A stretch of DNA of 55,016 bases, the filler included, from Thelocarpon superellum (lineage: Eukaryota), in assembly GCA_026025795.1 (NCBI GenBank). It is 2 parts of 2 records of this genome, joined end to end, with 100 filler letters (N's around TTAATTAATTAA, not from the genome) between each part and the next. Parts side by side here need not be neighbours in the genome. Positions count along the whole stretch, not along the records: positions 1 to 27,509 come from JAPEUG010000245.1; positions 27,610 to 55,016 come from JAPEUG010000246.1. One strand, written 5' to 3'. Positions 14,996 through 28,238 of the stretch are shown piece after piece. A program made the translations under genes and the position numbers. Position 1 is the first letter of the stretch. Every line of letters begins with the position of its first letter. The notes below the pieces were generated by a model, which did not search any database, was not told where the DNA came from, and worked only from the letters and a program-made list of their open reading frames with translations.

Positions 14996-16421
14996 CGAAG
15001 CTTGGATCGCGTCGCGCCACACCGTCATGCTTTCGCTGCGAGGGCCGTTCCTGGGCTGCATTTCTTTGACTCCCCAGTAGCAACCAGCAGTTAGAACATT
15101 AGTTCACGTTTTAGCAAGTATTCAATAGTCTGACGTTCCGACATGACCTTGCTCCACGCTTGAACATTGATTGCGTTTGAAGCTGACGTCGAGCGATTCA
15201 ACGGATAAGCGTTGATACAGCCGCCCTACTCTCCGAGCAGCGTTGACGTCACGAGTAGGGAAGGCGAGGTTGAGAGGAGCATAAGCCAGCCATCGTGACC
15301 GCGAATTCCTTTGCATCTCCAGGCGCAAGAAATAGAGACACATGAATACTTGAGTTCCCTGGCATGATTGTCCTTGAGTATCATCGATAGGGTACCCTCA
15401 CAGTACCTATCACCCACTGGCTGAGTAGGTAGAGGTGTTCCATATTCTCTAGCCGGGTCGTATACTGGTAAGTGGGAATTATTCCTTGTGGATGTAGAAG
15501 CGCCTACCCGGAGATCGACGCACAGGCGAGATGCTCGACTTGCAGCGGGTCCGTCTGGTTACGACGCACTCTCATGAGACTTCGCGGCCTCCGAGGATGT
15601 CACGCATGACGACAGGGTCGCTGGTCGGCATGATATGCGCACAGGTACTGCAGACGCCAGCTTCATCATCCCACACAGCTTCATTACATCCCAAATCTGC
15701 CAGCATCGTCGAGCATAGTCAGGGCGAATCGCGATCTATGGCTGATCGGCACGAGTACTCGTAGCGGCGCCTGTGGTGCAGGCAGGCGCTGGTTGACCTG
15801 GTTGGTCAGAGGTCAACTGGAAGTAAGACTGGCTAATCCTCGGCGCGCTTTCACCCGCCCTAAACCCCCCAGGCCGCGTCGCTTGCCCGGGCAGGTCAGG
15901 CGAGAAGGCGCGCCCCACCATCCGAGCTCTGACTATCAGCTCCCCTCTTGCCCTGCGCTCTGCGTCGCCCTACGTCTCGCCTCTGGCCCTCTTTCTCCCT
16001 GATTGGCACAGCTCCAACGCATACGCGCTCCACCTCCATCGCCGCCACCCCTCTGCATTGCGACCGCGGCGACGGCGTTGCGGTTGACCGTGTCATCACC
16101 TCACTGCTTGTCCATCTCACCATCTCACCATCTCACCACCGCACCGCTGCACGGCTGCACCCACCGACATTCGCTCACAATCGCTCACCCTCGCCCACGC
16201 TCGCTGTCGCTCGTTGCGCACCCGAGTTCCACAAGCGGGGCACGCCTGGCCTACCGCCTCTCCGCCGCCACGTGGATCCGAGCCCGTCCATCCCTATTGC
16301 CATCATCCGAAATCGCGCCGCGTCGAGATCGTTTGAAAGCCACGGGTCGTGATCTACTCGCTACCGTCGCGCTGACCCACATCTGATCTCCACCAAAGCC
16401 TCCGTCGGACGCACCGCGAAC

Positions 16422-17962
<1,541 letters not shown>

Positions 17963-18769
17963 GCATTGAACCTGTCTCGCTGTCTACATCCTTGGCTCCG
18001 TCCTTCTCTTTCGCCTTCTTCTTCCTCCTCCCTCCTTTGTCCAGCTTGTTCATGTCTCTCTCGTGTGTATGTGGAGAACGAGGACAAGGACGGGAAACAC
18101 GGATGGGACGAGATAGGATAAGGAGGGGGGAGGAGGTGGGATAGGGTAGGATCGGCGGATAGCAAGACCAAATGACGACGTATGGTAGAACAAGATAAGA
18201 AGGAAAAGCAAAAGAGAGAAGGAGAAGAGGAGAGAGAAGAGAAGGAGGAGGGAGAAAGCAGGGACACGGACACTATCTATTCACGGCTTAGTCATATCGA
18301 TGAAGAAAGACTACGCATGCGTGCATGTACAGTATGCGTGGATGCATGTGTGGCTAATTGGTGGAATGGACTGATGAATCAATCCATACTTCCACTCCCA
18401 CTCTCCTCTCCTACTCGACCTCTTACTCTTAGTAGTCCTGCTATCTCCCACACGAACGCAACTCCTCTATACACTTGCAGGCACGAATGCACGTCGGCTC
18501 GGCCACGTCCTTCTTTCGTTCCAGTCAAGATTCTCGATGATGATGCTGGGTAGCCTTAGACCCGGACTAAATCCAAAATACAACCAAACATATCTCGCAT
18601 GTCGAGGGAGTATCAATGCGTCGAGGGACGAGAATGCAAAACGACGGGTTTTCCATATCCAGGTCTATCATGCTCCCTGATCCTTATCCTGTCCATGTCT
18701 AACCCCGCCATGGCTGGCTCACCGTTGCCACGCCACGCCACGCCACGCCACGCCACGCAAGGGTATCCC

Positions 18770-19536
18770 TTATCCGTAGAAGAAGTACTGCGCGGCGTAC
18801 TGCACGTAAATGTCCGTCGGTTGGCCCGTACATGACGTCGGGGCCTTGCCGCCTGCAGTCTCCACCCGGTAGACCTCCTTGAGGCCGGTGCTGGTGCCCT
18901 TGTCACCAAGTTCGAGCCAGTCGACGGCACCGGAGCCGCTCGGGCCGGCGGCGGCGCCAGCGGGGGCCGGGATGTCGGCTTGCTTGGCGGCGATGAGGTG
19001 TCCGATACTGCCTAGGTCGAAGTTGGGCGCGCCCGTGCTGTCAAAATAGTGGTGGCCGATGGCGTCGAGGCTCAAGGGAGCCATATCCGCAAGGGGCACG
19101 TTGACCGCCAGGTTCGTCAAGGTGTTGAATAGCCATTCGGGCACCATTGACAGATCGTACAGCGTGGCCAGCGCACCAACCTGCGTCGGGGCAGCGACGC
19201 CATTGGCGCACGTGTAGTTCTGCGTGCCGCGGCCCAGCGTCACGGCCTTCAGCGTCAGGCCGGGCGTAGGTGCGGGAAGCTCGGTGCCACCTGTGATGGC
19301 ATCATCAGCATCCGCCTGCTCACGGAAGAAAAGTTGTCGATCCACTGACCTCCATGGGTGGGGAGGGTGTAGGAGCTCAGGGAGGCGCGACGTTCAAACA
19401 AACCAGACTCCGACTGGCCCTGGCGTTCGTGCCGACGAATCGTCCGGCTGGGCTCCTCGGTAGGGAAGGCGCTGGCAGGCGCGGCCACCGCGATGGCGGA
19501 GACCAAGAGAGTCAGGAAGCGCAGAGAGAATGCCAT
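18770..19536 (-). CDS. Secreted DUF3455-like protein (family often mis-annotated as malate dehydrogenase)
   Basis: Signal peptide MAFSLRFLTLLVSAIAVAAPASA and dibasic RR pro-site. Motifs LGRGTQNYTC, GALATLYD, IGHHYF, AVDWLEL, VYRVETAGGKAP and VQYAAQYFFY. Intron 19349-19291. Confidence 0.88.
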
Positions 19537-19658
19537 GGCTAGGAAGGTCCGGATCAAGCGGAGAGAGCGGCGGAAGCTGCAAAGGAATGCTATGCAAGGC
19601 GGAGAGTGAGATGCTGGACGGTGAAGAGATGAGGAGGGAAACGCCTGGATCGCTGGCC

Positions 19659-19666
19659 TTTATATA
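19659..19666 (-). promoter_or_regulatory. TATA box of the DUF3455-like gene
   Basis: TATATAAA on the minus strand about 125 nt upstream of the ATG at 19536, followed by a pyrimidine-rich leader. Confidence 0.6.
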
Positions 19667-22063
19667 ATGAGCTGGAGCACGGTGAACAACGAAGCTACCA
19701 TGAAGGTGGTGAAGACGGAGTTGGACCATCACCAGCCGTGATGCGGCTGGAGCTATACAAATACATGCTGGTCATCAGGACCGGCGCTCTATGATCGTCG
19801 ACATGTCAAGATGGGCGGGGCGGCGTATGCATCTGCTAACATAGTGCAGGGATTGAATTTGGAAGGGTCCTGAGATTGCAGCGTGCATGCAAGGATGATT
19901 CCCAGGTCGGCCCGGGAGGCTAGTCAGCTATGGTCCCAAATGACAGGGATCACGCTCGCCCTCCACCGACACGAGTACCTGTACGCGCCGCACCGACCAA
20001 TTTTAGCCGGCGCCGCGCTTGCATTTGCCTGCCCCACCCTGGCCCGAGCCGCGCCACACCTCCCCGAGCTTCGAAACAGCGGTACTACTAGTACCGCTGT
20101 TTACGAAGTACAAGGCCTTGGACGGGTCGTCCGACCAGTGCACAGCTACTCCTGGGGGACACGGACGAGTTTGGACGCTCGAAGCTCAAACCTCAAATCT
20201 CAAACGTCCAGCATCACAATGTGAAATAAGATGGCGACGCAGGATCGAGGGGGGAAGGATTGGTTTGCCGTGGCAAACACCGTTCGGCCGTCGGAGCCAA
20301 AAAGACAGGACAATCCGCGGGTGGGGCAACCATCCACGGCAACCGCCGAGCGGCGTCAGGACGTGGCGAGTACACCGGGTGGGAGTTGGCCCTCCTAATT
20401 CTGCCGCGGGCGCCGCCGTCCGCACGGGCACAGGCACCACTCATACTCAGAGCTAGGTCCCTCGTGCTGTCTGTGCTATTCTCGTGCGGTCGCGACCGAA
20501 CATAGAACCATTTGCCTCACCGTAGTATGGTCAGGCCCAATGCAACCGTTTGTCCGACGGAGACGCACAACGCCGATCCAAAACAGAACTTGAGGTGCTG
20601 CGTGACCGCGCGGCGACACTAGAAGGCTTGGTCAAGGTGCTTGTATCGGAGCGGACATGCCGCCAGCATCACTGTCCAAAAAGGCAGCGCGTCTTTGCCG
20701 CGCAGCTAACACATGGTGGATGGCCCCACCCACCAGAATAGAATCAATGGCGAAATCGACGCTATCGACTGCTGCACGGACGCCACAGATCAGAGAGGGG
20801 GCGTGCCTCCGCCGGACGGAAGCGCGGGTGGCTCCCCATCCAATCGAGCCCCCGCCAAAAAATTAAGCTCCTTCCAGCATCCATTCTCCAGCGCCCCGCG
20901 TCACGCGGTCGGAGCCCGGTGTAGTCGTCGTGGCCCTGGGCAATAATAGCACATCGGTCCTTTTCTTTTCTCTCTCCCGCTTCCCGGTGATCAAATCCTC
21001 CTGATGCAGTTGAGCTGCGAGCTCTGGAGCCGTGGTTTTATGCATGCATGACGGCACAACGTTATGCGTAACCCCGGTAACAATAATACTCGTCGCACTT
21101 TACCGGTGATCAAGTCGTTTACACCTGTTATGTTGTCTGTTCCGAGTGTTAGTAACGGGCCGGAACATGTCGCTCTGCTCGCCTGGTGCCGTGCACAAGC
21201 CTTCCCGAAGCCCCTATATGCCTTTCCTCAGTCCCTCCCGTTCCAACTACCGTTGCCGTCTTGCGAAACGTCCGTCGCTGTTCTGTTCTGTTCAAAGCCG
21301 GACCGGCCCCACAACTGCAATCACGTATCAGCCCACCCTGATACACACCTGCGACACTGGCTTTCCTGCAATGCACAGGAATTTCCCCAAGATTTCCGTG
21401 CGGGGAAACAGCAGGAGCTCAATGCACAAAACTTGTACCAGCGCATAAAGTCGGAGCACCTAGGCTTTCCCCCCTGCTTGCACGTTTTGAAGCGACCGGG
21501 TTAGGAGAATCTAGCATACCAGCGAGCTGCGGCCCGCCTACTAGCGTGCCGACCGACGGGCAACAGCTCGACGTCGTTCCTGTAGACCAGATCCGCGGAC
21601 GCCTGCTGCTCCGTGTTCGCTACACCCCGGATGCGCGGACACGGCCAGTTTCCCTGAGCATATATGCCGATCCGGGGATCAGTCCGTTTGGTTTTTCCGC
21701 ATCCTGCACATCGCCTGTGGCGAATCGATCGTCTACGAGGCCGTTGAGCTTTTGCAACACAATGTCGTCAACCGATGCGGCACGTCCACAGCGGGACCAG
21801 TTCCGTTGGCTTGCCGCAGCATGGCCGGGCAACCATGAAGCTGCACATGGCTTACTGCACTAGAAGGCGGACCGACTTGATGCTACACGAAATAGAACAG
21901 AAGAAGAATAGAGTGAAGATTGATACCGCCTCAAAGACTCCTGCAGAATCCTCCGACACACGCTAAGGGAGGAAGAGCGCCTCCGGGAAAATCAGATCCC
22001 GTGCATGATAGACCAAGCAAAGGAGTTCACATCCCGTGGGAGGGGCCGCGCAAGCACGGAGGT

Positions 22064-22989
22064 CTATTCATCGTCGAAGACCTGATCCAGTGATGCGCTG
22101 GCGGACGCAGACCGGTCACTAGCGCTCCGCCAGGCACTCTTCCATGGGCCAGCCGGACCCACGGCCGTCTCTCGATCTCGTCGCATGCCTTCCAATACCC
22201 CGACGAGCCCACCTTTGCGCAGTCGCTCCAACACCAGCTTCATGCCCTCCGTACTCTTGGACACATGATCGCCCGTGCGGCGAACGCCAATCAGCTCGAT
22301 GGAGCGTTGAATGGAGGACGTCGACCATCTCGAGAAGAAACCGCGTTTGGGCGCCGGCTCCTCGTCCATGTCCGATTCGGCACTGGACCCCGACGCCGAC
22401 TCGCCGGTCGGACGGGATGTGCCTCGCAGTCTCCCCTGTCCAAGCCGGGACTGGAAGACGACGACGGTGTTGACATCGGTCCATCTCCCATCAGGCGATC
22501 CTTCCAACTCATCTGCGGCATCTCGCGATGGGGACCCGGCTGTTGGCCGCGTATAAAGCTGGCGCTCGATGACACTTAAGATTCCCGTCCATTCGAGGTT
22601 CTTGGCTTCCGTCCTCATCCACCCCGCTTTCACGTCCACGACCGACGTTTCCAGAATATAGCTCTGACCCGACGCATTGCTGGTCGTGCCGAGCACAGTC
22701 TTGGGGAGCAGCTTCAGGACCGCGGTAGGGACCTTCGATCGCTTCAGGTGCAGTCGGGTCGTGTGGAGGCGTTGCGTCACCGGGTCAAAATGACGATCGA
22801 TGACATCTGACGACAAGACATGTTTCGAGTAGTAATTGGGGTATCGAAGGAAGTATGCGAGGGTGACGGCAGGGAAAGAGTAGCTGGAGGCCCCATGGTC
22901 AGCTCATGTGCCCGAGCCCTTCCATGACGACACGGCTCGCAGGCGACGACCTACTCATAGCCAAAATTGCTCTCGAAGAACTTGACCAT
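22064..22989 (-). CDS. UPS1: PRELI/MSF1 family mitochondrial lipid transfer protein (Ups1-like)
   Basis: MVKFFESNFGYD|YSFPAVTLAYFLRYPNYYSKHVLSSDVIDR, SYILETSVVD, KNLEWTGILSVIE and SKSTEGMKLVLERL. Intron 22954-22884. Confidence 0.88.
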
Positions 22990-23417
22990 GACGGAACAAG
23001 GGTGCACTCATCCGGGGGAATGTGGTCGACTACGAGCCACTGGTATCCATGCGGGTCAATGAGACGATGGAGCTGTCGATAATGAACACCGCGTTGTCGT
23101 GATGAGCAAAGGAGGGCGACCGTTCGCTAGCGCGACCTTGCTGTCGGTGATGGAAAGTTCGCCGACCGGCGGTGCGGGGGACCAATCAAAACCGCGCAGG
23201 CCAAAGGATGAGCAACATTACCACGGGCCGAGCATTCGGTGCGTCAATAGCCCCACCAAGCTTGATCTCGTAGTGCAGTAATCCAACGAACTTCCAATAG
23301 TTTTGGTGTGCCTTTGTGGAGTCAGAGGTAAACACCCTATGCACTTCTTCGCTCTTCCCTCATACTTCCGCCTCCCTCCTTCCTCCGCTCTGTTCCCCGC
23401 CCGACAGATCATTTTCC

Positions 23418-24879
23418 ATGGCCACTTCGGCAGATGAGCCACCGGCTCTGACCCCCCTCTCGCTGGCCGCGGAGTCATCCAATCCAATAGCAGAGGAAGT
23501 CCGGTCTCAGGCTCCACCACCAGAAAAGGTCGACCAAAACGTGAACCCGTGGGATGTGTCGGGCGAGATCGTCAATGGCGTCGCCCTCGCCATTGACTAC
23601 GATAAGCTCATCTCGCAATTTGGCACCAGGCGCATCGACCATACCCTGTTACAGCGATTCGAGCAGGCCACGGGCCACAAGCCCCATCGGTTCATGCGAA
23701 GAGGAATTGTGTTCAGCCATCGCGATTTGGAACTGATCTTAGATCGATACGAGAAGGGCAAGCCTTTCTTCCTGTACACTGGCCGAGGACCGAGTAGCGA
23801 CAGCATGCACATTGGCCATTCGATCCCGTTTGAGTTCACAAAGTGTGTGGCCCGTTGCGACTTCCCATTCGGCGCTCGTGGACTGACCATGGACAGGTGG
23901 CTACAAGACGTCTTCGATGTGCCCCTTGTGATCATGTTGACCGACGACGAAAAGTTCCTGTTCAAGCCAAATCTAAGCATCGACAATGTCATCCGATTCT
24001 CCCAACAAAACGCCCGCGACATCATCTCTCTTGGATTCGATCCGAAGAAAACGTTTATCTTCAGTGATCTTGAGTTCATGGGCGGCGCCTTTTACCAGAA
24101 TGTGGTCAAGGTCAGCCGATGCGTGACGGCGAACCAGAGCAAAGCCATCTTCGGGTTCGACGATAGGTAGGTCGCTCCTACCCATCCACCTCAGGATCGA
24201 TCCTTGACCAAAAGACAGCGACAATGTTGGGAAGATTCACTTCGCCTCAATTCAGGCCGCAACATCCTTCGCCACGACATTTCCCCACATCTTCGGCCCG
24301 GACCAAAAGAAGAACGCGTCAATACCGGTGCTCATCCCATGCGCCATCGACCAAGACCCCTATTTTCGCATGACGCGCGACGTCGCGGTGCGATTAAAAT
24401 ACCCCAAGCCGGCGCTGATCCACGCCACCTTCCTCCCGGCCTTACAAGGCCCGGGCAGTAAGATGTCTGCAAGCATCGACACATCCGCCATCTTCATGAG
24501 CGACACGGCCAACGCCGTCAAGAAGAAAATCAACAAATATGCCTTCTCGGGTGGACAGACGTCGGCCGAAGAGCAGCGACAGCTCGGCGGCAACCCCGAC
24601 GTAGACGTGTCGTACCAGTACCTGACCTTTTTCCTTGAGGACGACGACGAGCTGGAGCGCATCCGGGTCGCCTACAAAAAGGGCGAGATGTTGACGGGCG
24701 AGCTGAAACAGCGCTGCATCGCCGAGCTGCAGCAGTACGTGGCTGCCTTTCAGCAGCGCAAAGCCCAGGTGTCGGATGAGACAGTCAAGCTCTTCATGTC
24801 CGAGCGCAAGTTGGAGTGGGGTGGCAATCCGAATCCTACACCTGCTGCGCCGCCACCATCGAAGGAGAAGGCGAAATAG
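23418..24879 (+). CDS. WRS1: Cytoplasmic tryptophanyl-tRNA synthetase
   Basis: [15 protein letters not shown] (HIGH), [17 protein letters not shown] and [12 protein letters not shown]. Introns 23843-23896 and 24167-24218. Confidence 0.97.
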
Positions 24880-24966
24880 AAGGACGTTTTGCCACCCTCG
24901 CTCGCTCTCCATGTGAGCTACTGAAAGATCCGTAGTGCGGCCCATGATTTTACCTGTCAACGGGAT

Positions 24967-26865
24967 CTAGTCATCGCTGCCATCATTATCCATGACCTCG
25001 TTGTCGTCGTGTCCCACCTCAGCTCCCCTCTCCTTGTCCCGATCCCCGTCTCTAGCGGCGACGGAGCAAAGAAGTTCCACGAATGCCCTCAACCTAGCAG
25101 CACTGGCCTTGAGATACACGCCCGCCAGATCCTCCGCACGCTTAACATCTTCCCTGCGCCTTCCGCTCGGTTTCGCGCGGGCCTCGCGCGCCCGAATCCC
25201 CCTTTCCACCGCGTCTCGCAGCGCCGGCGTCGGCGTCACACCCACGTGTAGGTCCAGCAGGCGCAGGAGCGCTTCGACGAGCAGACTGACTTTCGCATTG
25301 TCCATCACGCTGCTTGTGTTTGCGCTGTACGGGAGGAAGCACTGCTCGAGCGTTTCTTGGCTTAGGTCGTCTTGCTGTGCTTGCTGTGGCCCGGTGGAAG
25401 TGGAGGAGGGAGTAGCGGGTGGCTGGCGCGGAAAGGGCGCCGTGCTGGAGATGAGAGAGCGTAGGAGAAGCTGCGTCATTGATGATCGTGCGGCGGAGGA
25501 GATGTACGGAAGCATGGTTGGAGATGTGAAGAGGGAAAACGTGGGCAGGTCCAGTGGTCGTAGGTGCTCTACGTATGTGCTGTAGAGCGATTCGAGGGTC
25601 GTGAAGTGCGTGGGTAGGGTGCTGGCCAGACTGGAGAGCTACTCGGAGATTAGTGCCAATTGTGGAGCTGGAGGAGTAGGAACGCTCTTGCGGCCTACAA
25701 GGGCTAGGAGACGCTGGCGGAGCAGGATGGACTCCAGGTCTCCAAAACAGGTGCTCGCGTCGTCAGGCTTCCGTGGGGCAGCCTTCTCCACTTCGGCTTC
25801 CGACGAGTCCAAGCCCGTTGGCGGACGGGAAGCATCGTCCGCATAGCCCACATCATCAATGTCATCGTCCACGTCATCGTCAAAGTAGTCGCCGTAATGC
25901 TCCTCGTCCACATTGACCCGCGACGCTCGGTTCCGCTTGGTGTCGGCATCCTTCTTGATCTCCTTGGTCTCGTTCCGAAAGACTTCCTTGAACTCGTTCA
26001 TCGACTTGGCCGAGCCATCCGCGAATATGGCGCGGACCACCCGCCGATTGCCGCCATATCGACCGAGCTCAGTGGGGAGGTATTTGACGATCAAGCTGGT
26101 CGTGAATATCTCTTCAATTTCCCGACTCGACTCTGCCCCGGCATCTTTGCTCGCCTTCTCCGCCGCCAGATCTTCTCGATCTAGCCAGTCTTGCTCCAGG
26201 ATATCCAGCATGACGTCCAGCCATAACTTCCATCGGGCCCATCGATGCGGATGTGCGACGGAGCAGTTGAGCGCCCAGCCCACCACGTGCCAGAAGTCCT
26301 CGCCGAGACTCCAGAGAGAGCCGTGCTTTGCCAGCTCTGTATTGATTGCGTCCACGTTATCTTCGCTCTCTGGCGAGTCTTCGTCTCCCCCTCCTCCGCG
26401 CCGGTGGCTCGGCCCCCTCCGGCCACCTCCTGGCCCTACAAAGGCAAAGGCGGCGCGGAAATTGGCGTTGGTGGGTCCGAAGACCTGCAGCGTAGCGCGC
26501 AGTAGGCTCAGCGCTTCGTTCGAGGCAATGATCCGGTCCCTCGACGCAGCCCGCGTCGTCAGCGTTGGGTGCACCACCAATGTTGCCGCGAGCGCCAGGT
26601 GTTGTGGCGGGGGACGGAATGCCGGTGTACTAGACGGGTCGGAGGTAGAGTTCCCAGCAGTAACGAGACTCTTGAGAAGGGACAACCCTTGAGAATCTGT
26701 TCATTGTCAATATCACCGCACCCTTCCCATCGTAGGTAGTATGTCAAGCGCGACCCTTAATTCCACGTATGTATACGTACATAATTCTTCTTCAAAATAG
26801 ATGACGCAATGTTCTCGTAACTCATACGGCAGCTCCTTTGCCGAGCGATACATGATCTGTGTCAT
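24967..26865 (-). CDS. Hypothetical alpha-helical protein of unknown function
   Basis: Three exons (26865 or 26853-26781, 26696-25699, 25638-24967) join in frame through canonical introns. Sequence includes MYRSAKELPYELREHCVIYFEEELY, PPPQHLALAATLVVHP, EDFWHVVGWALNCSV and CFLPYSANTSSVMDNAKVSLLVE. Confidence 0.8.
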
Positions 26866-27024
26866 TTCTAGGTCATTGTAAGGCGCCTTATAACTCGCCC
26901 GCGCTGATGACAACGTCGAACGACAGGCGGTGCTCGATGGACGCGCATCTCCGCCCAGAGGCGCTTATGATGTGCACAGGAATATATACCAAATTAGGGG
27001 CGATTTCCTTCGGCGACGTCCTCA

Positions 27025-27109
27025 GGTGACATGGTGTAATGGTAACATGTATCGTTGTGGAGTATCCCAACGACCCGATCCGCTCCCGGTTCGATTCCGG
27101 GTGTCGCCA
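27025..27109 (+). tRNA. tRNA-His(GTG) with 14-nt intron (27061-27074)
   Basis: Acceptor stem GGTGACA/TGTCGCC, A-box TGGTGTAATGG, anticodon arm TATCG-TTGTGG[intron]C-CGATC, T arm CCCGG-TTCGATT-CCGGG, discriminator A, oligo-T terminator just downstream. Confidence 0.93.
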
Positions 27110-27112
27110 CAA

Positions 27113-27125
27113 CTTTTTACCTTTT
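27113..27125 (+). terminator. Pol III oligo-T terminator of tRNA-His
   Basis: CTTTTTACCTTTT a few nt after the tRNA 3' end. Confidence 0.75.
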
Positions 27126-27509
27126 GCACGGTCAAGCAGCTTCGAAGGTCTCCGCTTGGAGGATCGCAGTGTTAGTAACATTCCTCATCCTGTTACGGCC
27201 CGAAACGTGCTTGGCGTTCCGCGGTATCTTTCTATTACGGGCGTAGAATTTATGGCCATGCTCAACCCACGAAGAAATGACAACTAAACTTGGCAGCGGC
27301 TACGAGCACTTCGTTGCTGCTCACTTCTTATGCAGGAATATTTACGGATCGCAAGAGTCGTCGAGGCCTCGGGCAAAAAAAAGAAAACAACGCAACGCCC
27401 ATGTCCACCGACAGCGTCCCATCATCGGCCGCCGTTGTCTGGAGGCCCTCCCATCGGGAAGGGCGGTGACCCCGCCGGAAAGCCTCCAGGCGCGCCATTC
27501 GGGGGAATA

Positions 27510-27609
27510 NNNNNNNNNNNNNNNNNNNNNNNNNNNNNNNNNNNNNNNNNNNNTTAATTAATTAANNNNNNNNNNNNNNNNNNNNNNNNNNNNNNNNNNN
27601 NNNNNNNNN
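27510..27609. other. Artificial contig spacer / assembly gap
   Basis: 44 N + TTAATTAATTAA (27554-27565; stops in all six frames) + 44 N = exactly 100 nt. Confidence 0.97.
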
Positions 27610-28238
27610 TCTGGGGTTTCCAGACTAGGAGTGACACTACAAGGAGAAGTGATGAGTGAGGCATCGACTTTAGTCAGACGTGGCGCATGGTGCTAGAACT
27701 TCGCCCATCCTTTCATCCTGTCATCTATCCAACCTCCTGTCCATTCGCCCCCCAATAGCCGCCATCCTTCGCATGTGTGTCTGATCCTAGCGTCCCACTT
27801 CTTTCCAGGGTTAGACCAAAGATCGATCGTTCGTCCATAGGACCTGTGACAACGTGCGAGAAGAGTGACATATGGGCGTGGTGGAGACGCCGACGGTCGG
27901 CGACAGGGTGGTGGAATGCTTGACGTAGGACTCTGCGCGGACCGGGACGGGAGGGAGGAAGACACAGTGACAGGATAGCGAGACACAGGTGAAGAGTGGA
28001 GAGAAACAGAAAGAGAGGATGGCGAATAGACTTTGGAAGTCGCCCCTTTCACTGTTCCAGCAGTCTTTTTTTGGCGACGCCCGACTGAATGGCGGACGCA
28101 GTGGATGAAATTCAATCGAAATCGCTCTTCTGAGCGGTCAACTACTTCTCGACGGCTCGATCGTTCTCTCTCGCACGCCCCCGGCTCGATCATGCCGTGG
28201 AGGTGCGACGCGATGCGGAGAGAGAAGGCTACGAGGGC

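Noticed and set aside
20526..20946. Possible small spliced gene (ELEVLRDRAATLEGLVK coiled coil, GTGCTT..GCTAAC..CAG intron)
   Set aside because: No in-phase start codon or upstream exon could be found and no domain was recognised; may be a relic or chance.
21620..21832. Protein-like minus-strand ORF (VDDIVLQKLNGLVDDRF...)
   Set aside because: No ATG or supporting exons and no family recognised.
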